From: Squalus acanthias
Taxonomy: Eukaryota
Direction of reading: 5' to 3'
Length of the DNA stretch: 64,000 nucleotides
Assembly: GCA_030390025.1 (NCBI GenBank)
Contig: CM059432.1
Span: 60,824,001 to 60,888,000 of the forward strand
Part shown: positions 22,901 through 37,900 of the stretch, one piece after another
Layout of the letters: every line of letters starts with the position of its first letter
How positions within the stretch are numbered: the stretch's first letter is position 1
Position numbers and translations under genes: made by a program
Notes under the pieces: model-generated
Database searches by the model: none
What the model saw: only the letters and a program-made list of their open reading frames with translations
What the model was told of the DNA's origin: nothing

Positions 22901-25900
22901 GAGTGTTTTTCATGACTGGACACGAGGAGTGTTTTTCATTATTGGACACGAGGAGCGTATTTTATTCCTGGACACGTGTAGTGTTTTTCATGACTGACAC
23001 GAGGAGTGTTTTTCATTATTGGACACAAGGAGCGTTTTTTATTCCTGGACACGAGGAGTGTTTTTCATTATTGGACACGAGGAGCGTTTTTTATTCCTGG
23101 ACACGTGTAGTGTTTTTCATGACTGGACACGAGGAGTGTTTTTCATTATTGGACACGAGGAGTGTTTTTCATTATTGGACACGAAGAGTGTTTTTCATTT
23201 CTGGACACGTGGAGGGTTTTTCATTATTTGATACAAGGAGTGTTTTTCATTACTGGACACGATTAGTGTTTTTTATTATTAGACACGAGGAGTGTTTTTC
23301 ATTTCTGGACACGAGGAATGTTTTTCAGTATTGGACATGAGCAGTGTTTTTCATTATTGGACACGAGGAGTGTTTTTGATTATTGGACACGAGGAGTGTT
23401 TTTCATTACTGGACACGAGGAGTGTTATTGATTATTGGACACGAGGAGTGTTTTTCATTCTTGGACACGAGGAGTGTTTTTCATTACTGGACAGGAGGAG
23501 TGTTTTTCATTACTGGACACGAGGAATGTTTTTCATTATTGGAGACGAGGAGTGTTTTTCATTACTGGACACGAGGAGTGTTTTTCATTACTAGACATGA
23601 GGAGTGTTTTTCATTATTGGACACGAGGAGTGTTTTTCATTATTGGACACGAGGAGTGTTTTTGATTATTGTACACGAGGAGTGTTTTTCATTACTGGAC
23701 ATGAGGAGTGTTTTTCATTTTTGGACACGAGGGGCGTTTTTCATTCCTGGACACGAGGAGTGTTTTTCATTATTGGACACAAGGAGCGTTTTTTATTCCT
23801 GGACACGAGGAGTGTTTTTCATTATTGGACACGAGGAGCGTTTTTTATTCCTGGACACGTGTAGTGTTTTTCATGACTGGACACGAGGAGTGTTTTTCAT
23901 TATTGGACACAAGGAGCGTTTTTTATTCCTGGACACGAGGAGTGTTTTTCATTATTGGACACGAGGAGCGTTTTTTATTCCTGGACACGTGTAGTGTTTT
24001 TCATGACTGGACACGAGGAGTTTTTTTCATTATTGGACACGAGGAGTGTTTTTGATTATTGGACACGAGGAGTGTTTTTCATTTCTGGACACGTGGAAGG
24101 TTTTTCATTGTTTGATACAAGGAGTGTTTTTCATTACTGGACACGATTAGTGTTTTTTATTATTAGACACGAGGTGTGTTTTTCATTTCTGGACACGAGG
24201 AATGTTTTTCAGTATTGGACATGAGCAGTGTTTTTCATTATTGGACACGAGGAGTGTTTTTCATTATTGGACACGAGGAGTGTTTTTCATTACTGGACAC
24301 GAGGAGTGTTATTGATTTTTGGACACGAGGGGCGTTTTTCATTCCTGGACACGAGGAGTGTTTTTCATTATTGGACACAAGGAGCGTTTTTTATTCCTGG
24401 ACACGAGGAGTGTTTTTCATTATTGGACACGAGCAGCGTTTTTTATTCCTGGACACGTGTAGTGTTTTTCATGACTGGACACGAGGAGTGTTTTTCATTA
24501 TTGGACACAAGGAGCGTTTTTTATTCCTGGACACGAGGAGTGTTTTTCATTATTGGACACGAGGAGCGTTTTTTATTCCTGGACACGTGTAGTGTTTTTC
24601 ATGACTGGACACGAGGAGTGTTTTTCATTATTGGACACGAGGAGTGTTTTTGATTATTGGACACGAGGAGTGTTTTTCATTTCTGGACACGTGGAAGGTT
24701 TTTCATTGTTTGATACAAGGAGTGTTTTTCATTACTGGACACGATTAGTGTTTTTTATTATTAGACACGAGGAGTGTTTTTCATTTCTGGACACGAGGAA
24801 TGTTTTTCAGTATTGGACATGAGCAGTGTTTTTCATTATTGGACACGAGGAGTGTTTTTCATTATTGGACACGAGGAGTGTTTTTCATTATTGGACACGA
24901 GGAGTGTTTTTGATTATTGGACACGAGGAGTGTTTTTCATTTCTGGACACGTGGAAGGTTTTTCATTATTTGATACAAGGAGTGTTTTTCATTACTGGAC
25001 ACGATTAGTGTTTTTTATTATTAGACACGAGGAGTGTTTTTCATTTCTGGACACGAGGAATGTTTTTCAGTATTGGACATGAGCAGTGTTTTTCATTATT
25101 GGACACGAGGAGTGTTTTTGATTATTGGACACGAGGAGTGTTTTTCATTACTGGACACGAGGAGTGTTATTGATTATTGGACACGAGGAGTGTTTTTCAT
25201 TCTTGGACACGAGGAGTGTTTTTCATTACTGGACAGGAGGAGTGTTTTTCATTACTGGACACGAGGAGTGTTTTTCATTATTGGAGACGAGGAATGTTTT
25301 TCATTATTGGACACGAGGAGTGTTTTTCATTACTGGACACGAGGAGTGTTTTTCATTACTAGACATGAGGAGTGTTTTTCATTATTGGACACGAGGAGTG
25401 TTTTTGATTATTGGACACGAGGAGTGTTTTTGATTATTGTACACGAGGAGTGTTTTTCATTACTGGACACGAGGAGTGTTTTTCATTTTTGGACACGAGG
25501 GGCGTTTTTCATTCCTGGACACGAGGAGTGTTTTTCATTATTGGACACAAGGAGCGTTTTTTATTCCTGGACACGAGGAGTGTTTTTCATTATTGGACAC
25601 GAGGAGCGTTTTTTATTCCTGGGCACGTGTAGTGTTTTTCATGACTGGACACGAGGAGTGTTTTTCATTATTGGACACAAGGAGCGTTTTTTATTCCTGG
25701 ACACGAGGAGTGTTTTTCATTATTGGACACGAGGAGCGTTTTTTATTCCTGGACACGTGTAGTGTTTTTCATGACTGGACACGAGGAGTGTTTTTCATTA
25801 TTGGACACGAGGAGTGTTTTTGATTATTGGACACGAGGAGTGTTTTTCATTTCTGGACACGTGGAAGGTTTTTCATTGTTTGATACAAGGAGTGTTTTTC

Positions 25901-28900
25901 ATTACTGGACACGATTAGTGTTTTTTATTATTAGACACGAGGTGTGTTTTTCATTTCTGGACACGAGGAATGTTTTTCAGTATTGGACATGAGCAGTGTT
26001 TTTCATTATTGGACACGAGGAGTGTTTTTCATTATTGGACACGAGGAGTGTTTTTCATTACTGGACACGAGGAGTGTTATTGATTTTTGGACACGAGGGG
26101 CGTTTTTCATTCCTGGACACGAGGAGTGTTTTTCATTATTGGACACAAGGAGCGTTTTTTATTCCTGGACACGAGGAGTGTTTTTCATTATTGGACACGA
26201 GCAGCGTTTTTTATTCCTGGACACGTGTAGTGTTTTTCATGACTGGACACGAGGAGTGTTTTTCATTATTGGACACAAGGAGCGTTTTTTATTCCTGGAC
26301 ACGAGGAGTGTTTTTCATTATTGGACACGAGGAGCGTTTTTTATTCCTGGACACGTGTAGTGTTTTTCATGACTGGACACGAGGAGTGTTTTTCATTATT
26401 GGACACGAGGAGTGTTTTTGATTATTGGACACGAGGAGTGTTTTTCATTTCTGGACACGTGGAAGGTTTTTCATTGTTTGATACAAGGAGTGTTTTTCAT
26501 TACTGGACACGATTAGTGTTTTTTATTATTAGACACGAGGTGTGTTTTTCATTTCTGGACACGAGGAATGTTTTTCAGTATTGGACATGAGCAGTGTTTT
26601 TCATTATTGGACACGAGGAGTGTTTTTCATTATTGGACACGAGGAGTGTTTTTCATTACTGGACACGAGGAGTGTTATTGATTTTTGGACACGAGGGGCG
26701 TTTTTCATTCCTGGACACGAGGAGTGTTTTTCATTATTGGACACAAGGAGCGTTTTTTATTCCTGGACACGAGGAGTGTTTTTCATTATTGGACACGAGC
26801 AGCGTTTTTTATTCCTGGACACGTGTAGTGTTTTTCATGACTGGACACGAGGAGTGTTTTTCATTATTGGACACAAGGAGCGTTTTTTATTCCTGGACAC
26901 GAGGAGTGTTTTTCATTATTGGACACGAGGAGCGTTTTTTATTCCTGGACACGTGTAGTGTTTTTCATGACTGGACACGAGGAGTGTTTTTCATTATTGG
27001 ACACGAGGAGTGTTTTTGATTATTGGACACGAGGAGTGTTTTTCATTTCTGGACACGTGGAAGGTTTTTCATTGTTTGATACAAGGAGTGTTTTTCATTA
27101 CTGGACACGATTAGTGTTTTTTATTATTAGACACGAGGTGTGTTTTTCATTTCTGGACACGAGGAATGTTTTTCAGTATGGGACATGAGCAGTGTTTTTT
27201 ATTAATGGACACGAGGAGTGTTTTTCAGTATTGGACATGAGCAGTGTTTTTGATTGTTGGACACGAGGATTGTTTTTGATTATTGGACACGAGGAGTGTT
27301 TTTCATTTCTGGACATGAGGAGTGTTTTTCATTATTGGACACGAGGAGTGTTTTTGATTATTGGACATGAGGAGTGTTTTTCATTATTGGACATGAGGAA
27401 TGTTGTTCATTATTGGACACGAGGAGTGTTTTTCAGTATTGGACATGAGCAGTGTTTTTGATTGTTGGACACGAGGATTGTTTTTGATTATTGGACACGA
27501 GGAGTGTTTTTCATTACTGGACATGAGGAGTGTTTTTCATTATTGGACACGAGGAGTGTTTTTGATTATTGGACATGAGGAGTGTTTTTGATTATTGGAC
27601 ACGAGGAGTGTTTTTCATTATTGGACACGAGGAGTGTTTTTCATTACTGGACATGAGGAGTGTTTTTCATTATTGGACACGAGGAGTGTTTTTGATTATT
27701 GGACATGAGGATTGTTTTTCATTATTGGACATGAGGAATGTTGTTCATTATTGGACACGAGGAGTGTTTTTCATTATTGGACACGAGGAGTGTTTTTCAT
27801 TACTGGACATGAGGAGTGTTTTGCATTATTGGACACGAGGAGTGTTTTTGATTATTGGACATGAGGAGTGTTTTTGATTATTGGACACGAGGAGTGTTTT
27901 TCATTATTGGACACGAGGAGTGTTTTTCATTACTAGACATGAGGAGTGTTTTTGATTATTGGACACGAGGAGTGTTTTTGATTATTGGACACGAGGAGCG
28001 TTTTTCATTATTGGACACGAGGAGTGTTTTTCATTATTGGACACGAGGAGTGTTTTTCATTATTGGACACGAGGAGTGTTTTTGATTATTGGACACGAGG
28101 AGTGTTTTTCATTACTGGACACGAGGAGTGTTTTTCATTATTGGACACGAGGAGTGTTTTTGATTATTGGACAGGAGGAGTGTTTTTCATTATTGGACAC
28201 GAGGAGTGTTTTTCATTATTGGACACGAGGAGTGTTTTTCATTACTGGACACGAGGAGTGTTTTTCATTACTAGACATGAGGAGTATTTTTGATTATTGG
28301 ACACGTGGAGTGTTTTTCATTATTGGACACGAGGAGCATTTTTCATTCCTGGACAACGAGGAGTGTTTTTCGTTATTGGACACGAGGAGCGTTTTTTATT
28401 CCTGGACACGTGGAGTGTTTTTCATTACTAGACATGAGGAGTGTTTTTCATTATTTGACACGAGGAGTGTTTTTCATTACTAGACATGAGGAGTGTTTTT
28501 CATTACTGGACACGAGGAGTTTTTTTCATTACTAGACATGAGGAGTGTTTTTGATTATTGGACACGAGGAGTGTTTTTCATTACTAGACATGAGGAGTGT
28601 TTTTGATTATTGGACACGAGGAGTGTTTTTGATTATTGGACACGAGGAGTGTTTTTCATTATTGGACACGAGGAGTGTTTTTCATTTCTGGACACGAGGA
28701 ATGTTTGTGATTATTGGACACGAGGAGTGTTTTTGATTATTGGACACGAGGAGTGTTTTTGATTATTGGACACGAGGAGTGTTTTTCATGACTGGACACG
28801 AGGAGTGTTTTTCATTATTGGACACGAGGAGCGTATTTTATTCCTGGACACGTGTAGTGTTTTTCATGACTGACACGAGGAGTGTTTTTCATTATTGGAC

Positions 28901-31900
28901 ACAAGGAGCGTTTTTTATTCCTGGACACGAGGAGTGTTTTTCATTATTGGACACGAGGAGCGTTTTTTATTCCTGGACACGTGTAGTGTTTTTCATGACT
29001 GGACACGAGGAGTGTTTTTCATTATTGGACACGAGGAGTGTTTTTCATTATTGGACACGAGGAGTGTTTTTCATTATTGGACACGAAGAGTGTTTTTCAT
29101 TTCTGGACACGTGGAGGGTTTTTCATTATTTGATACAAGGAGTGTTTTTCATTACTGGACACGATTAGTGTTTTTTATTATTAGACACGAGGAGTGTTTT
29201 TCATTTCTGGACACGAGGAATGTTTTTCAGTATTGGACATGAGCAGTGTTTTTCATTATTGGACACGAGGAGTGTTTTTGATTATTGGACACGAGGAGTG
29301 TTTTTCATTACTGGACACGAGGAGTGTTATTGATTATTGGACACGAGGAGTGTTTTTCATTCTTGGACACGAGGAGTGTTTTTCATGACTGGACAGGAGG
29401 AGTGTTTTTCATTACTGGACACGAGGAGTGTTTTTCATTATTGGAGACGAGGAGTGTTTTTCATTATTGGACACGAGGAGTGTTTTTCATTACTGGACAC
29501 GAGGAGTGTTTTTCATTGCTAGACATGAGGAGTGTTTTTCATTATTGGACACGAGGAGTGTTTTTCATTATTGGACACGAGGAGTGTTTTTGATTATTGT
29601 ACACGAGGAGTGTTTTTCATTACTGGACACGAGGAGTGTTTTTCATTTTTGGACACGAGGGGCGTTTTTCATTCCTGGACACGAGGAGTGTTTTTCATTA
29701 TTGGACACAAGGAGCGTTTTTTATTCCTGGACACGAGGAGTGTTTTTCATTATTGGACACGAGGAGCGTTTTTTATTCCTGGACACGTGTAGTGTTTTTC
29801 ATGACTGGACACGAGGAGTGTTTTTCATTATTGGACACAAGGAGCGTTTTTTATTCCTGGACACGAGGAGTGTTTTTCATTATTGGACACGAGGAGCGTT
29901 TTTGATTATTGGACACGAGGAGTGTTTTTCATTACTAGACATGAGGAGTGTTTTTGATTATTGGACACGAGGAGTGTTTTTGATTATTGGACACGAGGAG
30001 TGTTTTTCATTATTGGACACGAGGAGTGTTTTTCATTTCTGGACACGAGGAATGTTTTTGATTATTGGACACGAGGAGTGTTTTTGATTATTGGACACGA
30101 GGAGTGTTTTTGATTATTGGACACGAGGAGTGTTTTTCATGACTGGACACGAGGAGTGTTTTTCATTATTGGACACGAGGAGCGTATTTTATTCCTGGAC
30201 ACGTGTAGTGTTTTTCATGACTGACACGAGGAGTGTTTTTCATTATTGGACACAAGGAGCGTTTTTATTCCTGGACACGAGGAGTGTTTTTCATTATTGG
30301 ACACGAGGAGCGTTTTTTATTCCTGGACACGTGTAGTGTTTTTCATGACTGGACACGAGGAGTGTTTTTCATTATTGGACACGAGGAGTGTTTTTCATTA
30401 TTGGACACGAAGAGTGTTTTTCATTTCTGGACACGTGGAGGGTTTTTCATTATTTGATACAAGGAGTGTTTTTCATTACTGGACACGATTAGTGTTTTTT
30501 ATTATTAGACACGAGGAGTGTTTTTCATTTCTGGACACGAGGAATGTTTTTCAGTATTGGACATGAGCAGTGTTTTTCATTATTGGACACGAGGAGTGTT
30601 TTTGATTATTGGACACGAGGAGTGTTTTTCATTACTGGACACGAGGAGTGTTATTGATTATTGGACACGAGGAGTGTTTTTCATTCTTGGACACGAGGAG
30701 TGTTTTTCATTACTGGACAGGAGGAGTGTTTTTCATTACTGGACACGAGGAGTGTTTTTCATTATTGGAGACGAGGAGTGTTTTTCATTATTGGACACGA
30801 GGAGTGTTTTTCATTACTGGACACGAGGAGTGTTTTTCATTACTAGACAGAGGAGTGTTTTTCATTATTGGACACGAGGAGTGTTTTTCATTATTGGACA
30901 CGAGGAGTGTTTTTCAATTATTGGACACGAGGAGTGTTTGTCATTTTGGACACGAGGAGTGTTTTTGCATTATTGGACCACGAGAGCTGTTTGTCATTAC
31001 TAGACATCGAGGAGTGTTTTTCCATTATTGGACACGAGGAGTGTTTTTCATTACTAGACATTGAGGATGGTGTTTTTCATTATTGGACACGAGGATGGTG
31101 TTTTTCATTATGGACACGAGGAGTGTTTTTCATTTTTGGACACGAGGAGTGTTTTTCATTATTGGACACGAGGAGTGTTTTTCATTACTGGACACGAGGA
31201 GTGTTTTCATTATTGGACACGTGAGTGTTTTTCATTATTGGACACGAGGAGTGTTTTTTCATTATTGGACACGAGGAGTGTTTTTCATTACTGGACACGA
31301 GGAGTGTTTTTCATTATTGGACACGAGGAGTGTTTTTCATTCTGGACACGAGGAGTGTTTTTCATTATTGGACACGAGGAGTGTTTTTCATTACTGGACA
31401 CGAGGAGTGTTTTTCATTATTGGACACGAGGAGTGTTTTTCATTACTGGACACGAGGAGTGTTTTTCATTATTGGACACGAGGAGTGTTTTTCATTACTG
31501 GACACGAGGAGTGTTTTTCATTACTGGACACGAGGAGTGTTTTTCATTATTGGACACGAGGAGTGTTTTTCATTATTGGACACGAGGAGTGTTTTTCATT
31601 ATTGGACACGAGGAGTGTTTTTCATTATTGGACACGAGGAGTGTTTTTCATTATTGGACACGAGGAGTGTTTTTCATTATGGACACGAGGAGTGTTTTTC
31701 ATTATTGGACACGAGGAGTGTTTTTCATTATTGGACACGAGGAGTGTTTTTCATTATTGGACACGAGGAGTGTTTTTCATTACTGGACACGAGGAGTGTT
31801 TTTCATTATTGGACACGAGGAGTGTTTTTCATTATTGGACACGAGGAGTGTTTTTCATTATTGGACACGAGGAGTGTTTTTCATTACTGGACACGAGGAG

Positions 31901-34900
31901 TGTTTTTCATTATTGGACACGAGGAGTGTTTTTCATTATTGGACACGAGGAGTGTTTTTCATTACTGGACACGAGGAGTGTTTTTCATTATTGGACACGA
32001 GGAGTGTTTTTCATTACTGGACACGAGGAGTGTTTTTCATTACTGGACACGAGGAGTGTTTTTCATTATTGGACACGAGGAGTGTTTTTCATTATTGGAC
32101 ACGAGGAGTGTTTTTCATTACTGGACACGAGGAGTGTTTTTCATTATTGGACACGAGGAGTGTTTTTCATTATTGGACACGAGGAGTGTTTTTCATTATT
32201 GGACACGAGGAGTGTTTTTCATTATTGGACACGAGGAGTGTTTTTCATTACTGGACACGAGGAGTGTTTTTCATTACTAGACATGAGGAGTGTTTTTCAT
32301 TATTGGACACGAGGAGTGTTTTTCATTACTGGACACGAGGAGTGTTTTTCATTACTTGGACACGAGGAGTGTTTTTCATTACTGACACGAGGAGTGTTTT
32401 TCATTACTAGACAAGAGGAGTGTTTTTGATTATTGGACACGAGGAGTGTTTTTCATTATTGGACACGAGGAGTGTTTTTCATTACTTGACACGAGGAGTG
32501 TTTTTCATTATTGGACACGAGGAGTGTTTTTCATTACTTGACACGTGGAGTATTTTTCTTTATTGGACACGAGGAGTGTTTTTCATAATTGGACACGAGG
32601 AGTGTTTTTCATTATTGGACACGAGGAGTGTTTTTCATTATTGGACACGAGGAGTGTTTTTCATTATTGGACACGAGGAGTGTTTTTCATTATTGGACAC
32701 GAGGAGTGTTTTTCATTATTGGACACGAGGAGTGTTTTTCATTATTGGACACGAGGAGTGTTTTTCATTACTTGGACACGAGGAGTGTTTTTCATTATTG
32801 GACACGAGGAGTGTTTTTCATTACTTGACACGTGGAGTATTTTTCATTATTGGACACGAGGAGTGTTTTTCATTATTGGACACGAGGAGTGTTTTTCATT
32901 ACTGGACACGAGGAGTGTTTTTCATTATTGGACACGAGGAGTGTTTTTCATTACTGGACACGAGGAGTGTTTTTCATTACTGGACACGAGGAGTGTTTTT
33001 CATTATTGGACACGAGGAGTGTTTTTCATTCTTGGACACGAGGAGTGTTTTTCATTACTGACACGAGGAGTGTTTTTCATTATTGGACACGAGGAGTGTT
33101 TTTCATTACTGGACACGAGGAGTGTTTTTCATATTGGACACGAGGAGTGTTTTTCATTATTGGACACGAGGAGTGTTTTTCATTATTGGACACGAGGAGT
33201 GTTTTTCATTATTGGACACGAGGAGTGTTTTTCATTCTTGGACACGAGGAGTGTTTTTCATTATTGGACACGAGGAGTGTTTTTCATTATTGGACACGAG
33301 GAGTGTTTTTCATTATTGGACACGAGGAGTGTTTTTCATTACTGGACACGAGGAGTGTTTTTCTTTATTGGACACGAGGAGTGTTTTTCATTACTGGACA
33401 CGAGGAGTGTTTTTCATTACTGGACACGAGGAGTGTTTTTCATTATTGACACGAGGAGTGTTTTTCATTATTGGACACGAGGAGTGTTTTTCATTACTGG
33501 ACACGAGGAGTGTTTTTCATTATTGGACACGAGGAGTGTTTTTCATTCTTGGACACGAGGAGTGTTTTTCATTATTGGACACGAGGAGTGTTTTTCATTA
33601 CTGGACACGAGGAGTGTTTTTCATTATTGGACACGAGGAGTGTTTTTCATTACTGGACACGAGGAGTGTTTTTCATTACTGGACACGAGGAGTGTTTTTC
33701 ATTACTGGACACGAGGAGTGTTTTTCATTATTGGACACGAGGAGTGTTTTTCATTACTGGACACGAGGAGTGTTTTTCATTATTGGACACGAGGAGTGTT
33801 TTTCATTACTGGACACGAGGAGTGTTTTTCATTATTGGACACGAGGAGTGTTTTTCATTACTGGACACGAGGAGTGTTTTTCATTATTGGACACGAGGAG
33901 TGTTTTTCATTACTTGGACACGAGGAGTGTTTTTCATTATTGGACACGAGGAGTGTTTTTCATTACTGGACACGAGGAGTGTTTTTCATTATTGGACACG
34001 AGGAGTGTTTTTCATTATTGGACACGAGGAGTGTTTTTCATTATTGGACACGAGGAGTGTTTTTCATTACTGGACACGAGGAGTGTTTTTCATTATTGGA
34101 CACGAGGAGTGTTTTTCATTATTGGACACGAGGAGTGTTTTTCATTACTGGACACGAGGAGTGTTTTTCATTATTGGACACGAGGAGTGTTTTTCATTAC
34201 TGGACACGAGGAGTGTTTTTCATTATTGGACACGAGGAGTGTTTTTCATTACTGGACACGAGGAGTGTTTTTCATTATTGGACACGAGGAGTGTTTTTCA
34301 TTACTGGACACGAGGAGTGTTTTTCATTATTGGACACGAGGAGTGTTTTTCATTATTGGACACGAGGAGTGTTTTTCATTACTGGACACGAGGAGTGTTT
34401 TTCATTATTGGACACGAGGAGTGTTTTTCATTACTGGACACGAGGAGTGTTTTTCATTATTGGACACGAGGAGTGTTTTTCATTATTGGACACGAGGAGT
34501 GTTTTTCATTACTGGACACGAGGAGTGTTTTTCATTACTGGACACGAGGAGTGTTTTTGATTATTGGACACGAGGAGTGTTTTTCATTATTGGACACGAG
34601 GAGTGTTTTTCATTATTGGACACGAGGAGTGTTTTTCATTATTGGACACGAGGAGTGTTTTTCATTATTGGACACGAGGAGTGTTTTTCATTACTGGACA
34701 CGAGGAGTGTTTTTCATTATTGGACACGAGGAGTGTTTTTCATTATTGGACACGAGGAGTGTTTTTCATTACTGGACACGAGGAGTGTTTTTCATTATTG
34801 GACACGAGGAGTGTTTTTCATTACTTGGACACGAGGAGTGTTTTTCATTATGGACACGAGGAGTGTTTTTCATTACTGGACACGAGGAGTGTTTTTCATT

Positions 34901-37900
34901 ATTGGACACGAGGAGTGTTTTGCATTATTGGACACGAGGAGTGTTTTTCATTACTGGACACGAGGAGTGTTTTTCATTATTGGACACGAGGAGTGTTTTT
35001 CATTACTGGACACGAGGAGTGTTTTTCATTACTGGACACGAGGAGTGTTTTTCATTACTGGACACGAGGAGTGTTTTTCATTATTGGACACGAGGAGTGT
35101 TTTTCATTACTGGACACGAGGAGTGTTTTTCATTATGGACACGAGGAGTGTTTTTCATTATTGGACACGAGGAGTGTTTTTCATTATTGGACACGAGGAG
35201 TGTTTTTTCATTATTGGACACGAGGAGTGTTTTTCATTATTGGACACGAGGAGTGTTTTTCATTATTGGACACGAGGAGTGTTTTTCATTATTGGACACG
35301 AGGAGTGTTTTTCATTACTTGGACACGAGGAGTGTTTTTCATTATTGGACACGAGGAGTGTTTTTCATTACTGGACACGAGGAGTGTTTTTCATTATTGG
35401 ACACGAGGAGTGTTTTTCATTATGGACACGAGGAGTGTTTTTCATTATTGGACACGAGGAGTGTTTTTCATTATTGGACACGAGGAGTGTTTTTCATTAC
35501 TGGACACGAGGAGTGTTTTTCATTATTGGACACGAGGAGTGTTTTTCATTATTGGACACGAGGAGTGTTTTTCATTACTGGACACGAGGAGTGTTTTTCA
35601 TTACTGGACACGAGGAGTGTTTTTCATTACTGGACACGAGGAGTGTTTTTCATTATTGGACACGAGGAGTGTTTTTCATTACTGGACACGAGGAGTGTTT
35701 TTCATTATTGGACACGAGGAGTGTTTTTCATTATTGGACACGAGGAGTGTTTTTCATTATTGGACACGAGGAGTGTTTTTCATTATTGGACACGAGGAGT
35801 GTTTTTCATTATTGGACACGAGGAGTGTTTTTCATTATTGGACACGAGGAGTGTTTTTCATTATTGGACACGAGGAGTGTTTTTCATTATTGGACACGAG
35901 GAGTGTTTTTCATTATTGGACACGAGGAGTGTTTTTCATTACTGGACACGAGGAGTGTTTTTCATTATTGGACACGAGGAGTGTTTTTCATTATTGGACA
36001 CGAGGAGTGTTTTTCATTATTGGACACGAGGAGTGTTTTTCATTATTGGACACGAGGAGTGTTTTTCATTACTGGACACGAGGAGTGTTTTTCATTATTG
36101 GACACGAGGAGTGTTTTTCATTATTGGACACGAGGAGTGTTTTTCATTATTGGACACGAGGAGTGTTTTTCATTACTGGACACGAGGAGTGTTTTTCATT
36201 ATTGGACACGAGGAGTGTTTTTCATTACTGGACACGAGGAGTGTTTTTCATTATTGGACACGAGGAGTGTTTTTCATTATTGGACACGAGGAGTGTTTTT
36301 CATTATTGGACACGAGGAGTGTTTTTCATTATTGGACACGAGGAGTGTTTTTCATTATTGGACACGAGGAGTGTTTTTCATTATTGGACACGAGGAGTGT
36401 TTTTCATTATTGGACACGAGGAGTGTTTTTCATTATTGGACACGAGGAGTGTTTTTCATTATTGGACACGAGGAGTGTTTTTCATTATTGGACACGAGGA
36501 GTGTTTTTCATTACTGGACACGAGGAGTGTTTTTCATTATTGGACACGAGGAGTGTTTTTCATTATGGACACGAGGAGTGTTTTTCATTACTGGACACGA
36601 GGAGTGTTTTTCATTACTGGACACGAGGAGTGTTTTTCATTATTGGACACGAGGAGTGTTTTTCATTATTGGACACGAGGAGTGTTTTTCATTACTGGAC
36701 ACGAGGAGTGTTTTTCATTATGGACACGAGGAGTGTTTTTCATTATTGGACACGAGGAGTGTTTTTCATTATTGGACACGAGGAGTGTTTTTCATTATTG
36801 GACACGAGGAGTGTTTTTCATTATTGGACACGAGGAGTGTTTTTCATTATTGGACACGAGGAGTGTTTTTCATTACTGGACACGAGGAGTGTTTTTCATT
36901 ATTGGACACGAGGAGTGTTTTTCATTACTGGACACGAGGAGTGTTTTTCATTATTGGACACGAGGAGTGTTTTTCATTACTGGACACGAGGAGTGTTTTT
37001 CATTATTGGACACGAGGAGTGTTTTTCATTATTGGACACGAGGAGTGTTTTTCATTATTGGACACGAGGAGTGTTTTTCATTGCTGGACACGAGGAGTGT
37101 TTTTCATTATTGGACACGAGGAGTGTTTTTCATTATTGGACACGAGGAGTGTTTTTCATTACTGGACACGAGGAGTGTTTTTCATATTGGACACGAGGAG
37201 TGTTTTTCATTATTGGACACGAGGAGTGTTTTTCATTACTTGGACACGAGGAGTGTTTTTCATTATTGGACACGAGGAGTGTTTTTTCATTATTGGACAC
37301 GAGGAGTGTTTTTCATTATGGACACGAGGAGTGTTTTTCATTATTGACACGAGGAGTGTTTTTCATTAATGGACACGAGGAGTGTTTTTCATTATTGGAC
37401 ACGAGGAGTGTTTTTTCATTATTGGACACGAGGAGTGTTTTTCATTATTGGACACGAGGAGTGTTTTTCATTATTGGACACGAGGAGTGTTTTTCATTAT
37501 TGGACACGAGGAGTGTTTTTCATTACTGGACACGAGGAGTGTTTTTCATTACTGGACACGAGGAGTGTTTTTCATTATTGGACACGAGGAGTGTTTTTCA
37601 TTATTGGACACGAGGAGTGTTTTTCATTACTGGACACGAGGAGTGTTTTTCATTATTGGACACGAGGAGTGTTTTTCATTACTGGACACGAGGAGTGTTT
37701 TTCATTATTGGACATGAGGAGTGTTTTTCATTATTGGACACGAGGAGTGTTTTTCATTATTGGACACGAGGAGTGTTTTTCATTATTGGACACGAGGAGT
37801 GTTTTTCATTATTGGACACGAGGAGTGTTTTTCATTATTGGACACGAGGAGTGTTTTTCATTATTGGACACGAGGAGTGTTTTTCATTATTGGACACGAG

